64,000 bases of DNA from an uncultured Chloroflexia bacterium. Its GTDB lineage: Bacteria > Chloroflexota > Limnocylindria > QHBO01. Shown here piece by piece: positions 1 through 9,262 of this stretch. The notes under the pieces were generated by a model. The model was not told where the DNA came from. It was given only the letters and a program-made list of their open reading frames with translations, and did no database searches. Position numbers and translations under genes: made by a program. Every line of letters begins with the position of its first letter. Positions within the stretch are counted from its first letter, which is position 1. The DNA lies in assembly GCA_963814375.1 (NCBI GenBank), contig CAWFCQ010000006.1, positions 64,001-128,000 of the forward strand, written 5' to 3'.

Positions 1-552
1 CGCGCCGGTCACGACGTGACCATCGCCGCGAAGCACCCGGAACACGCCCGAGCGGTCGCCGAGGCGACCGGCGCCCAGCCGGCCGATAACAACGCCACGG
101 CCGCTGCCGGCGCCGAGATCGTCATCCTCGCCGTCCCGCATGACGCGGCCGAGAACGAGGTGGCGCCCGAGATCGAGGCCGGGGTCGCCGGCAAGCCGGT
201 GATCGATGTCTCGAACCCGCTGAGGCCGGATCTCTCCGGGCTGGCAACGGACACCTCGGCCGCGGAGGAGATCCAGCAGCGTCTCCCCGAGGCAAAGGTC
301 GTCAAGGCGTTCAACACGATCTTCGCCTCACGCCAGGCTGATCCGAGTCGAGAGATCGATGCCTTCGTCGCTGCCGACGACGAGAAGGCGAAGCGGCAGG
401 TGATCTCGCTGGTCGAGTCGATGGGCTTCAGCCCGCTCGACGTCGGACCGCTCAGCACGGCCCGCTTCCTCGAGGGGATGGCCCTCATCAACATCGGCCT
501 CAACGCGCACAATGGCTGGGGCTGGACCTCGGCCTGGCACCTGGAGCGATAG
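1..552 (+). CDS. NADPH-dependent F420 reductase-like / NADP oxidoreductase (5' partial)
   Basis: Frame open from base 1; motifs ILAVP, VIDVSNPL, VVKAFNT typical of F420_oxidored family. Confidence 0.85.
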   Translation, partial: RAGHDVTIAAKHPEHARAVAEATGAQPADNNATAAAGAEIVILAVPHDAAENEVAPEIEAGVAGKPVIDVSNPLRPDLSGLATDTSAAEEIQQRLPEAKVVKAFNTIFASRQADPSREIDAFVAADDEKAKRQVISLVESMGFSPLDVGPLSTARFLEGMALINIGLNAHNGWGWTSAWHLER

Positions 553-559
553 GAAACCG

Positions 560-1039
560 ATGCCGATCACGAACCTCAACCACGCCGTCCTGTTTGTCCG
601 CGACGCCGATGCGGCGGCAGCCTTCTATGCGGAGGCGTTCGGGTTCGTCGAGCTGAGCCGGCCGCCGGGGATGCGCGCCGCCTTCATGCGGTCGCCGGCT
701 GGCGGCAACCATCACGACCTCGGGCTGTTCGAGGTCGGGCCGCAGGCGGGCCGCCCGCCACGGGGCTCGGTCGGCCTCTACCACCTGGCGTGGGAGATCG
801 ACACGATCGAGGGCCTCGCCGAGATGGCGGCCTCGCTGCGCGAGCTCGGTGCCCTCAGCGGCATGTCCGACCACGGCGTCAGCAAGTCGCTCTATGGACG
901 CGACCCCGACGGCAACGAGTTCGAGGTGATGTGGCGGGTGCCGCAGGAGGCATGGGGCCAATTCGAGGACGAGGCCACCGTCATGCCGCTCGACCTCGAG
1001 GCCGAAGTGAAGCGGTGGGGCGCGGGCACGCCGGCGTGA
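560..1039 (+). CDS. VOC/glyoxalase family protein
   Basis: LNHAVLFVRD, HHDLGL, GLYHLAW, DPDGNEFE; AGGA upstream of ATG560. Confidence 0.85.
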   Translation: MPITNLNHAVLFVRDADAAAAFYAEAFGFVELSRPPGMRAAFMRSPAGGNHHDLGLFEVGPQAGRPPRGSVGLYHLAWEIDTIEGLAEMAASLRELGALSGMSDHGVSKSLYGRDPDGNEFEVMWRVPQEAWGQFEDEATVMPLDLEAEVKRWGAGTPA

Positions 1040-1064
1040 TCACGGTTCCGTCTCGACGACGAGC

Positions 1065-1412
1065 TCAGTTGAGCTGGCTCTCCCAGTCCTGCGGGACACG
1101 CCCGGCCGGACCGGGGACGGGCTGATCGGCAGGGTGATGGTGCGGAGCGGCCAGCTCGGGGCCCTCACCGACCTGGTCTGACGGGAAGTCGTAGAACCAG
1201 TCCTCGCCCGGCTCGAAGGTCTGGATGATCGGATGCCCCTCGTCACTCGCGTGCTTGCGGGCATGCTGCGACGGAGACGTGTCGCAACAACCGATGTGGC
1301 CGCAGCGCGCGCACCGACGCAGGTGATACCACCATCCGTCGGTCGCCAGGCACTCCGCGCATCCTGTCCCGCTCGGCGGCACGGTCAGGTCGATCGCGTC
1401 GGCGTCCGGCAT
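1065..1412 (-). CDS. UBP-type zinc finger domain protein
   Basis: CAEC..W.HLRRCARCGHIGCCDTSPSQHARKH..GHPIIQTFEPGEDWF. Confidence 0.9.
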   Translation of the reverse strand: MPDADAIDLTVPPSGTGCAECLATDGWWYHLRRCARCGHIGCCDTSPSQHARKHASDEGHPIIQTFEPGEDWFYDFPSDQVGEGPELAAPHHHPADQPVPGPAGRVPQDWESQLN

Positions 1413-1416
1413 CGCC

Positions 1417-1905
1417 TCAGCCCTGGACGAGGCCGTCGAGCTGGTCGGCGTGCTCCTCGAGATGGTTGGCGATGAACGTCTCGAATATCTGCTGCACCGT
1501 CATCTCGCCGCGCACGGGGTGGATGCCGCGCGTCCGCCAGTCATCGGCGGACAGGCTTCGCGCCGTGTCGGTGACCTCCCCCAGCGAGGCACGCACCCGC
1601 TGAAGCAGCGCCGCCGGATCGGTGTGCCGCTCCCGCTCGATGCCGGCAAGCCGACCCGCATCGGTCTTGACCCGGCCGAAGGGGATCGGCTCGTTCGTGG
1701 GGCGAGCGACCACCCGTCGCGCCTGGCCCAGCCAGTAGTCGGGGAACTCGGCAAGGTGGGACCACACCTGGCCCGCTTCCCAGCGTTCCTCGCCACCCGG
1801 GTCGGGCTCGGTCAACCCCGACGGCACGGGTGCATCGGCATGCTCGGACAGGCGTCGCTCGGCGGCGGCGAGCCGGGCGATGAGGTCGTCGACGGCGGCG
1901 CTCAT
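1417..1905 (-). CDS. DinB family protein
   Basis: W..GQVWSHLAEFPDYW and NHLEEHADQL; ATGA overlap with upstream FAH gene. Confidence 0.8.
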   Translation of the reverse strand: MSAAVDDLIARLAAAERRLSEHADAPVPSGLTEPDPGGEERWEAGQVWSHLAEFPDYWLGQARRVVARPTNEPIPFGRVKTDAGRLAGIERERHTDPAALLQRVRASLGEVTDTARSLSADDWRTRGIHPVRGEMTVQQIFETFIANHLEEHADQLDGLVQG

Positions 1906-2891
1906 GCGGGCCGCTCCACGACGCTCGCCGTCAGCTCGCCGAGACGCTCGATCGCCAGGCTGACGCTGTCGCCCGGCTCCAGGTATCGCTTCAGCACCTC
2001 GTCCTTGATCTCCAGGAGGCACCCGGTACCCACGGTGCCCGAGCCGATGAGATCGCCGGGCCGCAGCCGAACGTCGGCGCTGGCGCGCTCGATCATCTGG
2101 CCGAAGCTGAAGTGGGCGCTCGACCACGTTCCACGCGAGAGCTCGACGCCGTTGACCGATGCCGTCATGGCCAGATCGTAGCCGGTGCCGCGCTTGACGT
2201 CGGCAAGCTCGTCGGGTGTGACCAGCCACGGGCCGATGGAGGAGGCGAAGTCCTTGCCCTTCGCCGGGCCGAGCCGAACGGTCGTCTCCTCGCGCTGGAG
2301 ATCGCGCGCGCTCCAGTCGTTGAGGATCGTGTAGCCACCGATCGCCTCCTCGCCACGCCCCTCCTCGAGGTCGCGGACCGGCGTGTCCACCACCGCGGCC
2401 ACCTCGAGCTCGTAGTCGAGCTCGGTGCTGCCCCGGGGTGCCCACACCGGCTCGCCGGGTCCACGGATCTCGGAGACATTGCTGAAGTAGAAGATCGGGA
2501 GCCGATACCAGGCCTCGGGAATCTCCATCTCGCGCCGCTTCCACATCGTGCCGACGTGGCGCTCGAAGGCGTAGAAGTCCCTGAACGTGGGCGGCGCCAG
2601 GATGGGCGGGCCGAAGTCGAGCGTTGACGCGTCGAGCGGGGCCCCCGGCTCGGCCTCGAGCAGGTCCGCCAGCGCGTCGACCCGCAGGCCGGCGGCGAGA
2701 TGTGCATCGAGGGTGGTGATCGGCTGGCGAAAGAGGGCACTGTTGTGGGCCCGTGCGGGCTCGGCGGCGACGAGGTGCCGGCGCGCACCCTCGAGATCGA
2801 GCCAGCCGGCGCCGGCGGGATCGAGCGATGCGGCGAGGCGCCATGGGGTCCCGGCGGGCGCCCGGCGCTCGCGGACGTGGGCGATCTTCAT
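1902..2891 (-). CDS. Fumarylacetoacetate hydrolase family protein
   Basis: RDFYAFERH, LDYELE, NDWSARDLQ, KGKDF, GSGT. Confidence 0.92.
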   Translation of the reverse strand: MKIAHVRERRAPAGTPWRLAASLDPAGAGWLDLEGARRHLVAAEPARAHNSALFRQPITTLDAHLAAGLRVDALADLLEAEPGAPLDASTLDFGPPILAPPTFRDFYAFERHVGTMWKRREMEIPEAWYRLPIFYFSNVSEIRGPGEPVWAPRGSTELDYELEVAAVVDTPVRDLEEGRGEEAIGGYTILNDWSARDLQREETTVRLGPAKGKDFASSIGPWLVTPDELADVKRGTGYDLAMTASVNGVELSRGTWSSAHFSFGQMIERASADVRLRPGDLIGSGTVGTGCLLEIKDEVLKRYLEPGDSVSLAIERLGELTASVVERPA

Positions 2892-2902
2892 CGGCGCCCA
2901 GT

Positions 2903-4240
2903 CTAGGGTGGCGCCTGGCGCCGGAGCCGCTGCCATCGGCTCAGGGCGCGATGGTTCTCCGCATCGGTGAGCACACGGTCGCCGTACTGAGCGAGCGCGT
3001 AGTCCGCCTGGAGCCCGGCCAGCTCGGGTCCGGCCACCACACGGCGTGCATGGGATCGGGGTGTCTCGTGCTCGGCGCGGGCGGCCGGCGGCCGACGGAC
3101 GGCAAGGTCGTCGAGCGCGGCGAGATAGGCGGTGACCGCGTCGTGCGGGGCCGCCCGCCGCGGGCCGGACACAGAGGGCCCACGCGCTGGTCGGACGCGC
3201 GACGAACGTTGCGGGATGCGGAATGAGCGCTCGTCAGTGCCGGCGCGCCCGAGCCGGCCGACCCTTCGCCGGAGCCAGACGCGCGCGAGCACGAGCACCA
3301 CCACGACGAGCACGATCCACAGCACGAGGAGCCCGGTGAGCGGCCCGCGGACCTGCTCGAACTCGTAGGCCTCCGGGAACGCCATGCGCCCGAGCTGCTC
3401 CGGCGTCATCGGCTGCGGCAGCTGGATCCCGAGCGAGCGAAGGGCCGATGCGAGCACGACTGCCACCAGCGCAGCCACGGTCAGTCCGCCGATCAGGAGG
3501 TAGCCGAAGCCGGTGACGATGGGGCCAAGGATGCCGCGGGCGACCGCGTCACCCGGCAGGCCGAGCAGCATGCTGGTCGGGATTCCGATCGCCAGCACCA
3601 CGACGATCACGCCGAAGACCGTGCCGAGCCACGACCTGTCGTGGCGCCAGTCCACGCCGGTCTCGCGGCCGATCTCGCGGAGGCGAGCCAGCCCGGCGGC
3701 GATGAAGCCGGCGGTCACGAACGTGAGGCTGGCGACGAACGCCTCCTCGGTGAAGACGGGCCGCAGCACGCCCGATCCGAGCTGGCCGATCACCCACGGG
3801 ATGGCAAGCAGCGGGATGCCAAACAGCACGAAGCGCGTGATCTCCCGGTCGTCGACCTCGATTCCGCGTCCGACTCCGCGCATGCCCGCGACGACCATCA
3901 GCCAACCGCCGGGATGCAGGGTGATCGCCGTCAGCGGGTCGCCGGCCAGGAGCGTCTCGCGGACTCGGTCATCCCACAGCCAGCCGACGAGGCCGAGGGC
4001 CGCAAGCAGGACGAGGAACCTTCCGAAATCGACGTCCGGGTCGAGCCAGCGCCGATGCACGAGCAACGCCGCGATCCCGGCGGCCAGGGCGAGCTCGAGC
4101 GTACCGAGCAGCGGCTGGCGATGGTCGACCGCGGTCTCGATGGCGACGTAGAAGACGGCGAGGAAGGCACCCTCGGCCACGATGGCCAGCGTCGGAAGCA
4201 GCCAGCCGAGGACGCGGTCAGCGGGCCAGGGCGAGCGCAT
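2903..4240 (-). CDS. Polytopic membrane protein with C-terminal DUF4129-like domain
   Basis: Many TM segments; C-terminal RAEHETP..HARR...Y..AQYG; follows DUF58. Confidence 0.7.
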   Translation of the reverse strand: MRSPWPADRVLGWLLPTLAIVAEGAFLAVFYVAIETAVDHRQPLLGTLELALAAGIAALLVHRRWLDPDVDFGRFLVLLAALGLVGWLWDDRVRETLLAGDPLTAITLHPGGWLMVVAGMRGVGRGIEVDDREITRFVLFGIPLLAIPWVIGQLGSGVLRPVFTEEAFVASLTFVTAGFIAAGLARLREIGRETGVDWRHDRSWLGTVFGVIVVVLAIGIPTSMLLGLPGDAVARGILGPIVTGFGYLLIGGLTVAALVAVVLASALRSLGIQLPQPMTPEQLGRMAFPEAYEFEQVRGPLTGLLVLWIVLVVVVLVLARVWLRRRVGRLGRAGTDERSFRIPQRSSRVRPARGPSVSGPRRAAPHDAVTAYLAALDDLAVRRPPAARAEHETPRSHARRVVAGPELAGLQADYALAQYGDRVLTDAENHRALSRWQRLRRQAPP

Positions 4241-5459
4241 CGGCCTCTCTCCAGGATGGGTCGAGCGAACCGGTCTCGGCATCGATCCCCGCCGCGGCCG
4301 CCGTCAACCGATGCTCGCCGCGCGCCGCGCCGGTCGCGACGAAGCGGACCGCGTAGCCGGAGCGCGCCAGCCTCCGCATCGGCTCGAGGTAGGGGCTCGG
4401 ATCTCGCGCGCTGATGACGAGGACGGTGCCGCCCGGGGCGAGACGGCGTGGCACGACCGCGAGGAGCTGCTCGAAGGGCAGGGAGAGGATCGGCTGAATG
4501 CGGGCGAGGAGGTCCTCGATCCGCCCGAGCTGTCCCGGCGCGCTCGACGGCGGCAGGTACGCCCAACGCCGGCCGCCGGCCAGCTGCGCGCCGATGAGGA
4601 GGCCGGCCGCCGCACCATCGCGCAGGAAGCGCCGCGAGAGCGAGGCAGCAGAGACACACAGTCCCTCGAGCTCGTCGTCATCGAACAGCATCAGCCAGTG
4701 CGGCCCGGGCACGGTCTGGAGATCGAGGGCGATCAGCACCTGTCGCTCGTTGACGGGCTCGAACCGACGGCTGACCGGCCGGCCGATGCGGGCGGTGGCG
4801 CGCCAGTGGATGCGGCGAGGCGGGTCGCCCGGCTGGTAGGCGCGCACCCCGGCGAAGCGCGATGGATCGCTGAACAGGCTGGTGGCGGTCCGCGTCGCGC
4901 CCAGCGGCGAGCGAGCAGGTTCGGTCGGGCGCACGGGCACGGTCCGCGGTCGGACGAGCAGCTCGCCGGGCAGCTCCCTCTCTTCGGCGTTCGTTCCTCG
5001 CTCGAAAAGGTCGCTGACGGTGAGACGCACCGGTCCGAACGTGAAGACCCCTCGGCGTCGGGCGTCGATCGCCAGGTGACGGACGACGCGCTCGTACCAG
5101 AGCAGGGACCACGCGTTCTGGAGCGTCGCGCGGCCAGGCCGGTCGCTCGGGCCGAGCTTTCGGCCGACGATGCGCAGTGAATCGGTGACGTGATCGTCCG
5201 CGACGAGCAGCGGGACCGGGAGCAGCTTCTGGTTCCAGACCTCGAGCTCGAGCGGGACCTCGTCGCCCCACACCGCGCGATCAGTGCCGATGCGACGCTC
5301 GAACACCACGCGCTCGAGCCCGTAGCGTGACCACAGCGTGGTGAGCCATCGGCTGAGGACGGTCAGCCCTCCGACCAGCAGCAGGCCCGGCGCGCCAACC
5401 GCCGCACCGACGAGGATCATCGCCAGGCCGATCAGCGTCCAGCCGCCCATGCTGGGCAT
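4218..5459 (-). CDS. DUF58 family protein
   Basis: GVRAYQPGDPPRRIHWRATAR motif; RRGVFTFGP. Confidence 0.92.
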   Translation of the reverse strand: MPSMGGWTLIGLAMILVGAAVGAPGLLLVGGLTVLSRWLTTLWSRYGLERVVFERRIGTDRAVWGDEVPLELEVWNQKLLPVPLLVADDHVTDSLRIVGRKLGPSDRPGRATLQNAWSLLWYERVVRHLAIDARRRGVFTFGPVRLTVSDLFERGTNAEERELPGELLVRPRTVPVRPTEPARSPLGATRTATSLFSDPSRFAGVRAYQPGDPPRRIHWRATARIGRPVSRRFEPVNERQVLIALDLQTVPGPHWLMLFDDDELEGLCVSAASLSRRFLRDGAAAGLLIGAQLAGGRRWAYLPPSSAPGQLGRIEDLLARIQPILSLPFEQLLAVVPRRLAPGGTVLVISARDPSPYLEPMRRLARSGYAVRFVATGAARGEHRLTAAAAGIDAETGSLDPSWREADALALAR

Positions 5460-6448
5460 CAGGCCACCGACGCGCCGACGCCCACCGAGACCTCCCCGAC
5501 GATCGTGGCCAGGGCGCCGGCCGCGGTCGCGCCGCGGAGCTCCCGATCGACATCCACCACGAGCCGATGGGTCAGCACCGGCGCGACGAGCTCGACCACA
5601 TCATCGGGCAGGACGAAGTCGCGTCCGGTCAGGTACGCGGACGCCTGTGCCGCGCGATAGAGCGCAACGCTGGCGCGCGGGCTCGCGCCGAGCTGGAGGT
5701 CCTCGTGCTCCCGGGTCGCGCGGACGAGCCTCACGAGGTAGCGCTCGACCTCGTCGCTCACGGTGACCGATCGGACCGCCTGACGGAGGGCCGGGAGCTC
5801 GTGCGTGTCGAGCACCGCCCCCACGGCGTCGAGCGGCTCGGCCGTCTCGCGATACCGGCGGGAGATTGCGCGCTCATCGGCCTCGTCCGGGTAGCCGATG
5901 GCGATCCGCACCAGGAACCGATCGAGCTGTGCCTCCGGCAGCGCGAAGGTGCCCTCGAGCTCGACGGGGTTCTGGGTCGCCATCACCAGGAACGGCGCCG
6001 GCAGCGGGCGGGTCTCACCGTCCACGCTCACCTGGCGCTCCTGCATCGCCTCGAGCAGGGCGGACTGCGTTCGCGGCGTGGCGCGGTTGATCTCGTCCAC
6101 CAACAGCACGTTGGTGAAGATCGGCCCGGGGATGAATCGGAAGGCGCCATCGGCCAGGACGCTGCTGCCGGTGACGTCGCTGGGCAGCAGGTCAGGCGTG
6201 CCCTGGATGCGTCCGAACGTCAGGCCGAGGGAGCGGGCGAACGCGTGCGCCAGCAGGGTCTTGCCCACGCCTGGCACGTCCTCGATCAACGCGTGACCCT
6301 CCGCCAGCAGAGCGACCGTCATGAGGCGAAGGGGCGCATCGGCGCCGATGACCGCACGGGCCACGGCGTCGCGCAGGCCGCCCCAGAGGCGTTCGCCGGC
6401 GTGCGGATCGGTCAAGGAGCTCTCCCGTCGTTCGTTCACACCGAGCAT
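5459..6448 (-). CDS. moxR: MoxR family AAA+ ATPase
   Basis: EDVPGVGKT, TPDLLPSD, DEINRATPRTQSALLEAM, ATQNP; start uncertain. Confidence 0.95.
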   Translation of the reverse strand: MLGVNERRESSLTDPHAGERLWGGLRDAVARAVIGADAPLRLMTVALLAEGHALIEDVPGVGKTLLAHAFARSLGLTFGRIQGTPDLLPSDVTGSSVLADGAFRFIPGPIFTNVLLVDEINRATPRTQSALLEAMQERQVSVDGETRPLPAPFLVMATQNPVELEGTFALPEAQLDRFLVRIAIGYPDEADERAISRRYRETAEPLDAVGAVLDTHELPALRQAVRSVTVSDEVERYLVRLVRATREHEDLQLGASPRASVALYRAAQASAYLTGRDFVLPDDVVELVAPVLTHRLVVDVDRELRGATAAGALATIVGEVSVGVGASVA

Positions 6449-6483
6449 AGGGGTCCGATGGGGTCCCGGTTCATGCGGGTATC

Positions 6484-7554
6484 GTGACGGCGACCGTGCC
6501 GATCCCTCTCATCGCCTCAGATCACCACCTCGAGCACGACGGCCTCGTCGAGCTCGTCGCCGGGCGCGAGGTTCCGTGCTACGAGTCGCCCGAGCGCGCG
6601 ACGGCCATCCGGGAGGCGCTGCTCGCCACCGGCGCCTACGCGCTGGAAGCGCCCGAGCAGCACGGTCCCGATCCGATCGCCGCCGTCCACGAGCTCGAGC
6701 TGATCGACCTCGTCGAGCATGTGTGGACCGATGCCGTGGCCGCCGGCCACGACCCAGGCCGGCCGATCCTGCCGGACACGTTCCTGCTGGGTGCATATGC
6801 CGGCGCCATGAGCCTTGAGCAGCTTCCCGTTTCGCGGCGTGACCGCCTCGGCGCGTACTGCTTCGACACAGCCACGCCGATCGTGGCCGGTACCGCCGAT
6901 GCCGCGCTGGCATCGGTCGACATCGCGCTCACGGCGCTCGACCGCGTGCTCACCGGAGCGCCGCTCGCCTACGGACTGTGCCGTCCGCCGGGCCATCACG
7001 CCGGGCGCAATCTCATCGGCGGCTACTGCTTCTTCAACAACGCCGCCATCGTGGCAGAGGCGGTCGTGGCGCGCGGGGCCGAGCGCGCGGCGATCCTCGA
7101 CATCGACTTCCACCACGGCAACGGCACGCAGCAGATCTTCTGGGATCGCGGAGACATCCTCTACGTCAGCCTGCATGGCGACCCGCGCGGGATCTACCCG
7201 TACTACTCGGGCTTCGCGACCGAGCGTGGCGCCGATGCCGGCGAGGGCGCCACCCTCAACCTGCCACTGCCGCCCGGGACCGATGGCGACGCCTACCTCG
7301 CCGCCCTCGAGGAGGCGCTCGCCGCCATCCGCAGCTTCGATGCCGATGCTCCGCTCATCGTGTCGCTCGGCTTCGACACCTACCACGCCGACCCGATCTG
7401 CAACCTCGCGCTCCAGACCGATGATTACGCACGGATCGGCGCGGCGATCGCGGGCCTGCGGATGCCGGTCGTCACGCTCCAGGAGGGCGGCTACGCGGTC
7501 GAGGCCCTCGGCGCCAACGCGGTTTCCTTCCTCGGCGGCCTCGGCTCGGTCTGA
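6484..7554 (+). CDS. Histone deacetylase family protein (acetylpolyamine amidohydrolase-like)
   Basis: ESPER, RPPGHHA, GGYCFFNNAA, DIDFHHGNGTQ, SLGFD, QEGGY. Confidence 0.92.
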   Translation: MTATVPIPLIASDHHLEHDGLVELVAGREVPCYESPERATAIREALLATGAYALEAPEQHGPDPIAAVHELELIDLVEHVWTDAVAAGHDPGRPILPDTFLLGAYAGAMSLEQLPVSRRDRLGAYCFDTATPIVAGTADAALASVDIALTALDRVLTGAPLAYGLCRPPGHHAGRNLIGGYCFFNNAAIVAEAVVARGAERAAILDIDFHHGNGTQQIFWDRGDILYVSLHGDPRGIYPYYSGFATERGADAGEGATLNLPLPPGTDGDAYLAALEEALAAIRSFDADAPLIVSLGFDTYHADPICNLALQTDDYARIGAAIAGLRMPVVTLQEGGYAVEALGANAVSFLGGLGSV

Positions 7555-7708
7555 TCGACGGCAACCAGGACGGCTCGCCACCGCGGTCGGAGCCTCCCAC
7601 CATTCTCTTCCTGACTATCGAGAGCAGCGCAGTCGAGTGAGGCGCGGCGGCGCTTGAGTCGTATCTCAGTCAGTGGCACCACGATTGCGAATGCGAGCAA
7701 CCCTTGGC

Positions 7709-7767
7709 TTGACACACCCTAGACAAACGCTGTAATCTCGCGACCGAATCTGTACAAACAATGGACA
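7709..7767 (+). promoter_or_regulatory. Sigma70-like promoter overlapped by CarH/LitR-type 11-bp TnnACA direct repeats
   Basis: TTGACA 7709, TAGACA 7720, TGTAAT 7731, then TGTACA 7751, TGGACA 7762; -10 TAATCT 7733-7738. Confidence 0.65.
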
Positions 7768-7799
7768 CTATGCTTCTCAGCGACGCACAGCCGAAGCGC

Positions 7800-8768
7800 T
7801 CAGGCTCCCGGATCCTCGATGCCGGCCAGACGCACGACCGCCTGCCACAGGAACCGCCGATCGCGCTCGCTCACGCGGGTCATCGGCACGCGGTCGTACG
7901 GACGCGCGGCTCGATCGTGGACGAAAGCGCCGGCCAGATGGGCGATGTCCGGTTCGGTCGCGAGCCAAACGAGCGTGTCGACGCCTTCCAGAGGCGTGCG
8001 CAGGATCGGCTTCATCGTCCCGGCAAAGCCTGGCAGGGAGGCCGACAGTCCGGGCGTTGCCGCCCAGCCCGGATGCATCGACGCGAACGTGATCCCGCTT
8101 CCCCGCAGCCGGCGAGCCCATTCGCGGATCAGCATCACCTGCGCCCGCTTGGCGTGGGCGTAGACGCGCGGGCCGGAGAACGGCCTCTCTTCCCACAGGA
8201 GGTCGTCGAGGAGGAGCGCCTGTGTGTACATCCCGCCGGAGCTGACGGAGAGGACCCGCGACCCGGGCGTCGCGCGGAGGATGGGCAAGAGGCCCGCGAT
8301 CAGCGCGAATGGGCCGACGACCATCACCCCGAGCGTCGACTCGATCCCGTCGGCCGTGACCGTGCGCTCGGGGAACATCGCCCCGGCGTTGTCGATCACG
8401 ACGTCGATCCGCGCCTCGGTCCGAGAGATCTCGCCCGCAGCGCCGCGCACCGACGACAGCGACGACATGTCGGCCACCACCGTGGCGAACCGATCCTCTC
8501 CGTGACGGGCCAGCAGCGCCTCGTGGACGGCACCCAGCCGCTCGGGGCTGCGGCCAACGAGGATGACGCGGGCGCCAAGGCCCGCGAGCACATCGGTCGC
8601 CGCTCGTCCGAGGCCCGAGGTCGGGCCCGTTATCACCACGGTCTTTCCGCGCAATGCTCCCGGCTCCGCGGCGTGCCATCCGAACAAGTGCTGGCGCGCC
8701 CGGATCCCGATGTTCGAGAAGCTCCCGATGACCGTGATCTCGAGCGCCACATCGATCAGCTTTCGCAC
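7800..8768 (-). CDS. SDR family oxidoreductase (DHRS12-like)
   Basis: ITGPTSGLG, DNAG, VSSGGMY, YAHAK, MHPGWAATPG. Confidence 0.9.
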   Translation of the reverse strand: MRKLIDVALEITVIGSFSNIGIRARQHLFGWHAAEPGALRGKTVVITGPTSGLGRAATDVLAGLGARVILVGRSPERLGAVHEALLARHGEDRFATVVADMSSLSSVRGAAGEISRTEARIDVVIDNAGAMFPERTVTADGIESTLGVMVVGPFALIAGLLPILRATPGSRVLSVSSGGMYTQALLLDDLLWEERPFSGPRVYAHAKRAQVMLIREWARRLRGSGITFASMHPGWAATPGLSASLPGFAGTMKPILRTPLEGVDTLVWLATEPDIAHLAGAFVHDRAARPYDRVPMTRVSERDRRFLWQAVVRLAGIEDPGA

Positions 8769-8803
8769 CCGCCCATCTTGCCCGCAATTGCCCGGAGGCA
8801 CAT

Positions 8804-9262
8804 GTGACCCGCCTGAACGAACGCATTCGCACGCGCCTTCCGATCGAGGAGGCATTCAGCTACCTGGCGGACTTCGCCAACTCGGAGGAGTGGGATCCGG
8901 GTACCGCGACCGCGGCGCGCATCGGGTCGGGCCCGGTCGGCGTCGGTTCTCGCTACGAGCTCGGTGTCCGGCAGGGCGATCGCGTCGTGCCGATGGAATA
9001 CCGGATCACCGTGCACGAGCCGCCAAGGCGCGTCGTGCTGGTCGGCTCCGGTTCGGGCATCGAGGCGACCGACGAGATCCGGTTCGAACGCGATGGCGAC
9101 GAGACCATCGTCGACTACACCGCCGATATTCGGCTCACGGGGCTCCTGAGGCTCGTTCAGCCCTTCCTGGGAGGCACGTTCCGAAAGATCGCCCAGGATG
9201 CGTCTGACGGGATCGAGCGCACGCTGGCGTCGCGGGCGGCAGGGCTCGAGGGCGGATCATGA
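8804..9262 (+). CDS. SRPBCC/polyketide cyclase family protein
   Basis: [24 protein letters not shown]; GGAGG RBS. Confidence 0.85.
   Translation: MTRLNERIRTRLPIEEAFSYLADFANSEEWDPGTATAARIGSGPVGVGSRYELGVRQGDRVVPMEYRITVHEPPRRVVLVGSGSGIEATDEIRFERDGDETIVDYTADIRLTGLLRLVQPFLGGTFRKIAQDASDGIERTLASRAAGLEGGS

Noticed and set aside
2903-6448. MoxR-DUF58-membrane protein as a novel system
   Set aside because: Widespread, well-known gene arrangement
7555-7700. Cobalamin riboswitch on the minus strand (GCCACTG and AGTCAGGA fragments)
   Set aside because: Lacks the AGGGAA/GGTG/AATCC core and the GACCTGCC end, and no gene follows on that strand
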